Positions 1 through 8,469 of a DNA stretch of 64,000 nt are shown here, piece by piece. Where the stretch lies: positions 49,949 through 113,948 of the forward strand of contig CAWDOM010000011.1 of NCBI GenBank assembly GCA_963803925.1. The letters run 5' to 3'. The position numbers and the translations under genes were made by a program. The notes under the pieces are model-generated. The model did no database searches and was not told the origin of the DNA. It was given only the letters and a program-made list of their open reading frames with translations. The DNA comes from an uncultured Actinomycetota bacterium. Its GTDB lineage: Bacteria; Actinomycetota; Thermoleophilia; RBG-16-64-13. Every line of letters begins with the position of its first letter. Within the stretch, counting starts at the first letter, position 1.

Positions 1-720
1 CGAACTCGACTGATCAACGCGTCCAGCCCGGCCGAATCTCCTGGGAGGAGTTCGAGAACAAGGGCTACTACATGGTGCCGGTGCCCGATGCGAGCGCACC
101 CCCGCGCTGCGCTGGTTCTCTGAAGACCGCAAGCGCGACACGCCGGGACGCCTGCAGATCGCCTCGGGCAAGATCGAGTTCGTGGCCTCGAGCCTCGAGC
201 GGTTCTCGACGCCGTCGGATCGAAGACCCCGGCCATGGGCCCGCAGTACCTACCGAGCTGGGAGGGTCACCACACCGGCAAGTTGACCGGCCGCTTCCCC
301 CTCCAGCTCGTCAGCCCCCATCCGCGGTTCTCGCTCCACACCATGAGCGACGGCAAAGACAGCTGGTCGAACGACATCAAGGATCACCGCACGCTCGTCG
401 ACGGTCATCACTACTGGGTGCTGCGGCTCAACAGCAAGGATGCCGCCGCCCGGGCGATCGCCGACGGCGACCTCGTCAAGGCCTTCAACGATCGCGGTGA
501 GGTCATCCTAGCCGCCCAGGTCACTGAGCGGGTGGCCCCCGGCACCGTGCACTGCTACGAGTCGGTAGCCGACTACATTCCCCTGGGCGAGCCCGGCTAT
601 TCTCCCGACATCGCGGGGTGCATCAACATCCTCACGCCGAAACGCTGGGTCACTCCGACCTCGACCGGCATGGCTCCAAACTCCTGTCTGATCGAGGTGC
701 AAAAATGGGCTTACGCTTAA
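1..720 (+). CDS. C-terminal part of a pyrogallol-phloroglucinol transhydroxylase-like molybdopterin (bis-MGD) large subunit. The 5' end lies outside the window, and the frame is broken near 100 and 232.
   Basis: ORF 235..720 (PSWEGHHTGKLTGRFPLQLVSPHPRFSLHTMSDGKDSW...CINILTP...CLIEVQKW) aligns with the C-termini of the intact paralogs at 11108..13645 and 51732..54365. Homologous upstream sequence (WEEFENKGYYMVPVP; ALRWFSEDRKRDTPGRLQIASGKIEFVASSLERF) continues in two other frames. Confidence 0.8.
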
Positions 721-745
721 TCCAAAGGGAGAGAATCCAAAGGGA
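719..745 (+). repeat. Direct repeat AATCCAAAGGGA x2 (3-nt spacer) in the 72-nt spacer upstream of the BKACE gene
   Basis: Read directly: taATCCAAAGGGAgagAATCCAAAGGGAag immediately after the stop codon at 718..720. Confidence 0.5.
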
Positions 746-792
746 AGACCTGATAGACGAACTGCTAAGGCACGACTGAAAGGAACGACCAC

Positions 793-1604
793 GTGAATCC
801 GATCATCACCGCCTCGCTCACCGGCCCGGCCGCCACCAAGAAAGAGACCCCGGCCATGCCCGGCTCCCCCGAGGAGATCGCGGAAGCCGCGAAGGGAGCC
901 TACGAAGCGGGCGCCGCCGTGCTGCACATCCACCTGCGCGACAACGATCAGTTCACGGCCGACCTCGACATCGCGAAGCGCACCGGGAACTGGCCCGAGG
1001 CGTGCCCCGGCATCGTGCAGCTGTCCACCGGCGGGGGATTCGCCTACGAGGAACGCATGCGCATCGTCGAGGCATTGCCGGCCATGGCGACCCTGAACCC
1101 CGCCACAATGACCATGGGCGACCACGAGTTTCGCAATCCGCCCAAGCAGATGCTGCAGCTCGCCGAGCGCATGCTCGAACTTGGCGTCAAGCCCGAGGTC
1201 GAGATCTACGACACCGGACACGTGAATCTCATGCTCGACCTGCTGAACCGCGGCCTCCTCACCGAGCCCTTGCAGGTCTCGTTCGTCATGGGCACCAAGG
1301 GCGGCATGCCGGCCGACCCCATGCTCCTGTCCTACTGCGTCCGGCAGCTTCCCCCAACACCAGTTGGCAGGTCATCGCAATCTCCAAGGCCAACCTGCCG
1401 CTGACCACCATCGGCTTGGCCATGGGCGGCAACGCGCGCGTGGGTCTCGAAGACACCATCTACATCCGTCCCAAGGAATTGGCCAAATCGAATGCGCAGC
1501 TGGTCGAGCAGCTCGTAGGCGTGGCGAAGTCGATGCAGCTCACCCCGGCGACCAAGGAAGAGGTCGTGGAGCGCCTGAAGCTGAAGCCCGAGCTGGTGAG
1601 GTAG
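793..1604 (+). CDS. Beta-keto acid cleavage enzyme family protein (DUF849/BKACE, 3-keto-5-aminohexanoate cleavage-like), with one frame break in the C5 run 1351..1355
   Basis: The N-terminal ORF 793..1404 (MNPIITASLTGP...AAVLHIHLRD...VQLSTGGG) and the frame ending at 1604 (SWQVIAISKANLPLTTIGLAMGGNARVGLEDTIYI) together give a full-length BKACE-like protein. GTG start with AAAGGAA upstream. Confidence 0.75.
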
Positions 1605-1661
1605 CAGCACACGGTTCAGAACGCTACTGGAGATCAAACATCTGCCACGTCGAGGTACGCC

Positions 1662-2359
1662 ATGGCGACAGCAAGCGAGATCATAGCGAGCGCCCGCACA
1701 GAGGCCCGCACCGTTCTCACCGAGATGGAATCCAAGCAGCTTCTGGTCAGTTCTCTGGGCATCCCCACGACTGAGATGGAGTTGGCGGCCTCCCGCGAGG
1801 AGGCCGTCACCCTGAGCAAGGCGATAGGGTATCCCTGCGTGCTCAAGGTCTTGTCGCGCGACATCTCCCACAAGAGCGACGCCGGCGGCGTCAAGGTGGG
1901 CTTGAAGAGCGAAGAAGAGGCTGGCGCAGGCCTACGACGCCATCATGGCGTCGTGCGTGGCCGCGTTCCTGATGCTGTTATCGAGGCGTGACGGTGCAGA
2001 ACATGGCGAAGCCGGGCTCGAGGTCATCATCGGCATGGCCACCGACCCGCAGTTCGGCCCGGTGCTCATGTTCGGTTTGGGCGGCGTGTGGGTGGAGGTG
2101 CTCAAAGACGTCAGCTTCAAGATCGCCCCGCTGACCCGGGGCGACGCCGCCAAGGCGGTGCGCGAGATGGGCCTCCGAGCTACTAGACGGCTTTCGCGGA
2201 TCGCAGCCGGTCGACAGAGCCGCGCTCGAAGATATCTTGATGCGCGTCTCAGACTTCGTCTCAAGAACCCCCAAAGTGAGAGAGATGGACCTCAACCCCA
2301 TCTTCGCCTACCCCGATGGAGCCATAGCCGTCGACGCCCGCGTGATCCTGGGAGAGTAG
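1662..2359 (+). pseudogene. ADP-forming acetyl/acyl-CoA synthetase beta (ATP-grasp) subunit, with at least five single-base frame breaks
   Basis: ATP-grasp region GYPCVLKVLSRDISHKSDAGGVKVGL. The continuation is split over three frames: AQAYDAIMAS / PDAVIE / GVTVQNMAKPG / LEVIIGMATDPQFGPVLMFGLGG / LLDGFRGSQPVDRAALEDILMRVSDF...MDLNPIFAYPDGAIAVDARVILGE, ending at the stop 2357..2359. Confidence 0.7.
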
Positions 2360-2361
2360 CC

Positions 2362-3746
2362 ATGCCGGCAAACACTGTCGAACAGATACGAAGGATCTTC
2401 AACGCCGAGTCGGTCGCCCTGGTGGGCGCCACCGACAAAGAAGGCAGCTTCGGACGCCTCTTCCTCGAGGGCATGCGCGACGCCGGCTGCAAGAAACTGT
2501 ATCCGGTGAACCCGAAGCGCGAGGAGGTCTTGGGTATCAAGGCCTACCCGAGCATCAGCGCTGTGCCGGAGAAGCTCGACGCGGCCATCTGCTCACCCCG
2601 CCTGATGCCGTGCTCGGTCTCGTCAAAGAGGCGGTCGAGAACCAGGTCGGGGGGGTGGTGGTGTTCGCCTCGGGCTTCGGCGAGATGGGCCCCGAAGGCA
2701 AGGAGCTCGAGCGCGAGATCGGGCGCATCGGGCGCGAGGGCGGCACGCGCGTGATCGGTCCGAACTGCTTGGGCTTCTTCAATCCGCGGGCAGGTGTGGT
2801 CACCTATCCACAGGTGCTCATGAAGGGTGTTCCCACCGAGGCCGGCACCATAGGCGGCTTCTCGCAGAGCGGCTCGTTCGTCGACTACCTAGTGTGGTTT
2901 CTCTCAGAGAAGGGCGTGCGCTTCAGCAGCGTTGTGAGCTGTGGCAATGAGTGCGACCTGGCTGCCGAAGACTACCTCGAGTACCTCGGTCAAGACGAGA
3001 ACACCAAGGTCATCGTGTCGTACATGGAAGGTGTGAAAGACGGCCGGCGCTTCTTCGAGGTGGCCCGAGAGGTGTCACGCCGCAAGCCGATCATCTTGTG
3101 GAAGGGCGGCATGAGCGAGCAAGGCGCCCGGGCAGCGGCCTCGCATACGGGCGCGCTCGCCGGCTCGGCCGCCATCTGGCAAGCCATGTTGAAGCAGGCC
3201 GGCATCGTCAGCGTCACCACCGTCGAGGAGGTGGTGGAGTGTGCCGTTGCCTTCAGCTTCCTGCCGCTACCAAAGGGCCGCAGGATCGCCCTCATCGGCG
3301 GCCAGGGCGGCACGGGTGTCGGCACGGCCGACAACTGCTACGCGGCCGGGCTGGAGCTACCTCGCCTCGAAGACCGCACCGTCGCCCGCCTCAGGGAGAT
3401 ACTTCCGCCCGTTGGGACCTCCGTGGGCAACCCAACCGACACCGGGGTGGCCTCCCTGCTCGACCCGGGTCTCTATGAGAAAGCCATAGAGATCGTTGCC
3501 GAGGATCGAGGTATCGACATGCTCCTCGTCATCTCGACTCCGGTGCAGGCGTGTCTCGAGTACGTGGCGGCAGCCGCGCACAAGGTCAGCAAGCCGCTGG
3601 CGGTCTCTGTGTTCGCTCTGCCCGAATCGGAGCCCGGCATCTACCGGTTCTTGAGCGAGCAGAAGGTGGCGGCCTACCCGGACCCGAGACGCGCGGTGAA
3701 CGCGCTTGCCCGCATGGCTGAGTACGCGGCGTTCCTTACAGAATAG
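2362..3746 (+). CDS. ADP-forming acetyl/acyl-CoA synthetase alpha subunit (CoA-binding plus succinyl-CoA-synthetase-like domains), with a frame break near 2595
   Basis: MPANTVEQIRRIFNAESVALVGATDKEGSFGRLF...YPVNPKREEVLGIKAYPS in one frame, then ORF 2610..3746 (VVFASGFGEMGPEGKELE...VIGPNCLGFFNP...HTGALAGS). The ATG lies 2 nt after the beta-subunit stop. Confidence 0.75.
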
Positions 3747-4231
3747 TGTCTTCGTTACGGAGACGACGTGGCCGGCCGCCTGATGTCAACCGGACGTGAT
3801 CGGAGGGTCCGCGTTCGCGGCCGCCGGCATGCTCTGAATGACGCCCCGCAGTGAGCGCGTCCCGCACTCGCCGGAGCAGGAGCCCGCGCCCCCGCGCTTC
3901 GGGCATCCCGCGGCGGTCGCATCCCCGCGGATATGATCCGCGCTGTCGCGCTCCCCGCTGCGCCCGAGGGCTCGGCGGCCATGAACCAGCGCGGGGTCCT
4001 GTTGCTGATGATGGTCATGGTGGGTCCCGGGATGCTCCCCGTGTTGCCCGTCGTGTGTATGGTGGCCGTGTCTGTGACCTCCGTGTCGGCGGTGGTCTGC
4101 GTGGGTTGGTCCTCGGTGGCGCATTTGCTTCTCCTGGATATAACGACATATCGCGATATATCGTATCACTCCGCTCGTGGGTGGGCACGGCGGCAGGCGA
4201 GTTCCATCGTGTATTCGGCGTGTCGGGGCTA

Positions 4232-4283
4232 TTGACTTTCGCCCGGCCGTGCGCTAGGCTGAGCAAACTTCGTATACGAAGTC
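4232..4283 (+). promoter_or_regulatory. Sigma70-like promoter TTGACT-17-TAGGCT, followed 9 nt later by the 14-mer TCGTATACGAAGTC, which sits inside the perfect 16-nt palindrome ACTTCGTATACGAAGT (4267..4282). Putative MarR operator upstream of the TRAP operon.
   Basis: Read directly. The same -35/-10/9-nt/14-mer architecture recurs at 7779..7830 upstream of the MarR gene. Confidence 0.6.
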
Positions 4284-4540
4284 TGATACGTAGGGCCGGA
4301 ATCATCAATCGGCACGTGCAGTGGCATTGTGAAGGTGCAGGAGCAGAGTGTTGACGCCAGATTCCAAGCAGATCACCTAGCCAGCACTCGCTGGCTTTCT
4401 GAATGCAGGAGAGTCCGATCTCGGCGCAGCCAATCAGACACTGGGAGGTGGACCTATAGAAGTAGTGCTGTACCGCACCACAGACGGCAAAAAGGACAGT
4501 TTGGTCAGTACTATTGGGGAAATGCTTTGGGAGGAGTGAG

Positions 4541-5779
4541 ATGAAAAAGACTACATGGGCCCTCACGCTCCTGGTTCTGGTGCTGGTGTTGGGCCTGGCT
4601 TCCTTCATGGCCGCGTGCGGCGAGGAGGAGCCCGCGACCACTACCGCCCCGCCGGCCACCACGGGCACGACCGCCGCCACGGCGACCACTGTTGCGCCCA
4701 CCACGACTGAAGCGCCTACCACCACAACCGAGGCCGGGGTTCCCGACACCGGGCAAACCTGGAACCTGAAATTCTCTTATGGTGTTCCCACGCGGGCCAG
4801 CTTGTATGCCGCCCAGCTGGAACCGTGGGCGAAGGCCGTTGAACAGGCGACCGGCGGCCGCGTGAAGATCGAGCACTACGCCGACGGCACCCTGGCGAAA
4901 GACGAGCAGCAGTACGACTTCCTGCTATCGGGCGCCAGCGACATCTCCGTGGTCGAGCCGGAGTACTCTCCGGGTATCTTCCCGGTGTTCGAAGTGGGGT
5001 CTTTGCCCAGACTGTTCCCCGACCCGGCAGTGGCTTCGGCGGTCATGTGGGATGTCGCCCAGAAGTACCCGGATGAGTTCGGCGAAGTGAAGCTTCTAGG
5101 CATTACCTGCATCTCGGGTGCGCAGTACGTCGGCAACGTGCCCGTGAAGGTTCCCGCCGACCTGAAGGGCGTCAAGATGCGCTCCGGTGGCAAGATCGAG
5201 AGTTGGATCCTCAATGCGATAGGCGCGGAGCCGATCGACATCACACTCGGCGATCTCGGCACCTCCATGGAGAGAGGCCTTGCTGACGGCGCCTTCCTCA
5301 GTTGGTCTATGGTCTTCGTTTCGGGCGCCAAGGACTACACGAAAGACCGCACCGTACTCGACCTCATGTACCGTCCGTGGTTCATCGTCATGAACCAGGA
5401 TGTGTGGGACTCCATGCCCGTCAAGATCCAGGAAGCCGTTCAGAGCGTGAGCGGTCAGATACCGTCGGTCATCTACTCTGTGGCCAACGAGGAAGTCACC
5501 CAGGGCGATAGGGCGACGCTGGAGATGCTCGGTGGCAAGACGGGCCTCCCGCCGATCTACGTGCCTACCGCGGAAGAGATGGCTCTGTGGAACGAAGCTG
5601 TCAAGCCGACATGGCAGATGTGGACAGACGAACTGTCGAAGTCCAAGAGCCCGTACGCCGCGAACGGCCAGGAGATCCTGGACTTCATCGCCGGCAAGGT
5701 CGCGGAATACAAGAGCTACTACGCCGACTACAAGGACGAGGCACAGCCGATTCTCGACGCTATGCCCAAGGAAGAGTAG
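4541..5779 (+). CDS. TRAP transporter substrate-binding lipoprotein (DctP family)
   Basis: GGAGGAG RBS 4 nt before the ATG at 4541. Signal peptide with lipobox LASFMAAC, a Thr/Pro-rich linker, then a DctP-like domain (WNLKFSYGVP...GGRVKIEHYADGTL...LPRLF). Confidence 0.85.
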   Translation: MKKTTWALTLLVLVLVLGLASFMAACGEEEPATTTAPPATTGTTAATATTVAPTTTEAPTTTTEAGVPDTGQTWNLKFSYGVPTRASLYAAQLEPWAKAVEQATGGRVKIEHYADGTLAKDEQQYDFLLSGASDISVVEPEYSPGIFPVFEVGSLPRLFPDPAVASAVMWDVAQKYPDEFGEVKLLGITCISGAQYVGNVPVKVPADLKGVKMRSGGKIESWILNAIGAEPIDITLGDLGTSMERGLADGAFLSWSMVFVSGAKDYTKDRTVLDLMYRPWFIVMNQDVWDSMPVKIQEAVQSVSGQIPSVIYSVANEEVTQGDRATLEMLGGKTGLPPIYVPTAEEMALWNEAVKPTWQMWTDELSKSKSPYAANGQEILDFIAGKVAEYKSYYADYKDEAQPILDAMPKEE

Positions 5780-5851
5780 GAGAGAGACCAGTCTTGCGAG
5801 GGTCGGCCCTGACTCCAGGTCGGGGCCGACCCGTTCAAAGAAAGGACCGCG

Positions 5852-6400
5852 ATGAGCGAGCATGGGCAAGTCGAGCCTGAAGCCGCGCCAGTTTCGAGCC
5901 TAGGCAGATTCGTTGCTTCTGTTGAACGGTTACTCAAGCCCTTCTATACGTGGGTCGCGTACATCGGGGCCGCCGCGTTGGGTCTCCTCATTCTCGCGGT
6001 CACCTACTCGATCATCGGCCGCCAATTTGGCGCGGCGCTTCCGGGTTCGCAGGAGTTGATCGAGCAGGCACTCGTGATCATGACCTTCACCGTCGTGGGG
6101 CTCGAGCACATGGGCCACGAAAAGATGACCGTGGATGTGATTACGCGCCGCTTTCCGCAGAGCGTTCAGAAGACCGTGGCCCCGATCATCTACGCGATAG
6201 CCGTGGCCATACTGGTCATGGCGACCTGGCAGCTCGCTGTCTGGGGCATGAAGGTGCAAGACCGGGGTCAGTCGACCATGGGGAGCCTCAGCCTGCCCGT
6301 CTACCCGTTTGCCTACTTGGCTACCTTCGGCATGGCAACGCTCATTCCCATCTGGCTCCTGCGGTTCTTGACTTCTATCGATAGGGCGGTGAGGAGATGA
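5852..6400 (+). CDS. TRAP transporter small permease (DctQ family)
   Basis: 182-aa protein with four hydrophobic segments, lying between the binding protein and the large permease. Its stop overlaps the next start (ATGA). Confidence 0.8.
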   Translation: MSEHGQVEPEAAPVSSLGRFVASVERLLKPFYTWVAYIGAAALGLLILAVTYSIIGRQFGAALPGSQELIEQALVIMTFTVVGLEHMGHEKMTVDVITRRFPQSVQKTVAPIIYAIAVAILVMATWQLAVWGMKVQDRGQSTMGSLSLPVYPFAYLATFGMATLIPIWLLRFLTSIDRAVRR

Positions 6401-7710
6401 CCGATCTCCCCTTGTGGGCTAGCGCCGTCATAGGGGCGGCGGCCTTCTTCATCCTGATGTTCCTGAGGTTGCATGTAGGGCTTTCCCTCATGGTGGCCGG
6501 ATTTGTAGGCTTCTCGCTGACTCGGGGCGTTGCGGCTGCGAAGGTGGGTCTATCGACCACAATATACGAGGTCGCCTCCTCACCGGTGCTGGTCATCATC
6601 CCTCTGTTCGTCGTCATGGGTGTGATAGCCGGCGAGGGCGGAACCATCCGCGCGGCCTTTGGCACCTTCCGCAGCGGGCTGGGGCATCTTCGCGGTGGCC
6701 TGGCTATGGCCACGGTCGGCTCGTGCGCCGCTTTTGGCGCCGTGTGCGGTGACAACATCGCAACGGCGGCGGTCATGAACAAGACCGCTCTTCCTGAGAT
6801 GAGACGGTACGGCTACAAGGACAGTTTTGCCTTCGGTTCCATAGCGGCCGGTGGCAATCTGGGCATCCTGATCCCCCCGAGTGCCGCCTTCGTGGTCTAC
6901 GGGTTCATCACCGAGACCTCCATCGGGGAGCTCTTCATCTCGGGCATCCTCCCGGGGATCATCCTCACCGTCATGTTCATGCTGCAGATCGCCATGCAAT
7001 GTAGGATGAATCCCTCACTATCCTCGAAGTACGAGCCTGAGAGCTGGCGGCAGAGGCTGGCCTCGCTCAAGGGCTTGACCGGTATCATCGTGGTCTTCGG
7101 GCTCGTCATGGGCGGCCTCATGGGCGGGTTGTTCACACCGACCGAGGCGGGCGCGGCGGGCGCGGTCGTGGTGGCAATCGTGAGTCTGTTCTACCGCCAG
7201 CTGTCCTGGAGGGGCCTGGGCCGCTCTCTGCTCGAGGCGGTACGGACCGCGGCCATGATCATGCTCCTGATCATGGGGGCCAGATACTTCAGTTACTTCC
7301 TGACCTCGACCGAGGTCGCCTCCAGCCTTTCGACCGCCCTCATCGAGGCCGACCTGAATAGGTACGTGGTCATGATCATGGTCTGCGTTCTGTATCTCAT
7401 TCTGGGCGCCCTAATGGACATCTGGTCGGTCATGATCATTACGCTGCCTATCTTTTTCGAACTGCTGACGTTCGAGTTGGGTTTCTCGCCGGTTCAACTC
7501 GGGGTGATCACCGTGCTCTGCATCATGATCGGGTGCATCACCCCACCGGTCGGCGTGGTGGTATTCACGCTCGCGGGCATGCACAGGGATGTGCCCATGT
7601 ACACCATATTCCGTGGAGTATGGCCGTTCGTCGCGACCATGTGCATCTTCCTGCTGATGCTGATCTTCGTACCACAACTCAGCACGTGGCTGCCTGGGCT
7701 GATGCAGTAG
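6397..7710 (+). CDS. TRAP transporter large permease (DctM family)
   Basis: 437-aa polytopic membrane protein with typical DctM length and a Gly-rich TM pattern. Translationally coupled to the DctQ gene. Confidence 0.85.
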   Translation: MTDLPLWASAVIGAAAFFILMFLRLHVGLSLMVAGFVGFSLTRGVAAAKVGLSTTIYEVASSPVLVIIPLFVVMGVIAGEGGTIRAAFGTFRSGLGHLRGGLAMATVGSCAAFGAVCGDNIATAAVMNKTALPEMRRYGYKDSFAFGSIAAGGNLGILIPPSAAFVVYGFITETSIGELFISGILPGIILTVMFMLQIAMQCRMNPSLSSKYEPESWRQRLASLKGLTGIIVVFGLVMGGLMGGLFTPTEAGAAGAVVVAIVSLFYRQLSWRGLGRSLLEAVRTAAMIMLLIMGARYFSYFLTSTEVASSLSTALIEADLNRYVVMIMVCVLYLILGALMDIWSVMIITLPIFFELLTFELGFSPVQLGVITVLCIMIGCITPPVGVVVFTLAGMHRDVPMYTIFRGVWPFVATMCIFLLMLIFVPQLSTWLPGLMQ

Positions 7711-7778
7711 AAGCGCCGGCTGCCGGCCGCAGGGTGGACGACCGCGTAGCCATGACGGGCAGGCCAGGGAGGTCGCCG

Positions 7779-7830
7779 TTGACATTCGGCCTGGCCTACG
7801 ATAGGCTGACTGAACATCGTATACGAAGTC
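7779..7830 (+). promoter_or_regulatory. Sigma70-like promoter TTGACA-17-TAGGCT, followed 9 nt later by TCGTATACGAAGTC. Putative autoregulatory MarR operator.
   Basis: Read directly. The 14-mer is identical to 4270..4283 and sits at the same distance from the -10 element. Confidence 0.6.
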
Positions 7831-7926
7831 GTATCCGTTTGTATATGCGACTGCCTGCGCGGCGGGCGTTCGACGAAGACAAGAACGCTGGCGGAGGCGC
7901 GAAATTGTTCCAGATCGGGGAGTGAG

Positions 7927-8469
7927 ATGGCAGCGAACGAGGACGAGGCAAGTGGCCAGGACGAGTACTTCGTGTTGTGGACGCTGATCGCCCAGACCAA
8001 GGACGCCATCTTGAAGGCGCGCGAACGTGACTACTCGCGCTACGGGATCACCAACGAGAGAAGGGCCATCCTCTACACGATCCAGAAGAACGGTGGGCAC
8101 ACCACGCCCGTAGAGATCGCCCGGCATCTGTTCAGGGAGATCCACACGGTGACCGAGATGCTGAAGCGAATGGAGGCGTCGGGACTGTTGGAGAGGTATG
8201 AGGGCTCCGGCAGGTCGAAGGTGGAAGTCAGGCTGACCGACAGGGGGCTGGATGTCTTCAATCAGTCGCGACACAACGAGACCGACAGGCGGATCTTCTC
8301 GGTTCTCGCGAAGGACGAGAGAGAGCGCCTCGAGTCGTACCTCTTGAAGCTCCGGACCAAGGTTCTCGAAGATCTAGGCATCCCCGAGTGGCAACGCGAT
8401 GCCGCTCTGTATAGGAGTCAGAAGCTAAGTGGAGCGTCTGGACTGTATCTTCAGAAAGGAGAGAAATAG
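7927..8469 (+). CDS. MarR-family transcriptional regulator
   Basis: Winged-helix region ERRAILYTIQKNGGHTTPVEIARHLFREIHTVTEMLKRMEASGLLER...VEVRLTDRG. GGGAG RBS. Confidence 0.85.
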   Translation: MAANEDEASGQDEYFVLWTLIAQTKDAILKARERDYSRYGITNERRAILYTIQKNGGHTTPVEIARHLFREIHTVTEMLKRMEASGLLERYEGSGRSKVEVRLTDRGLDVFNQSRHNETDRRIFSVLAKDERERLESYLLKLRTKVLEDLGIPEWQRDAALYRSQKLSGASGLYLQKGEK

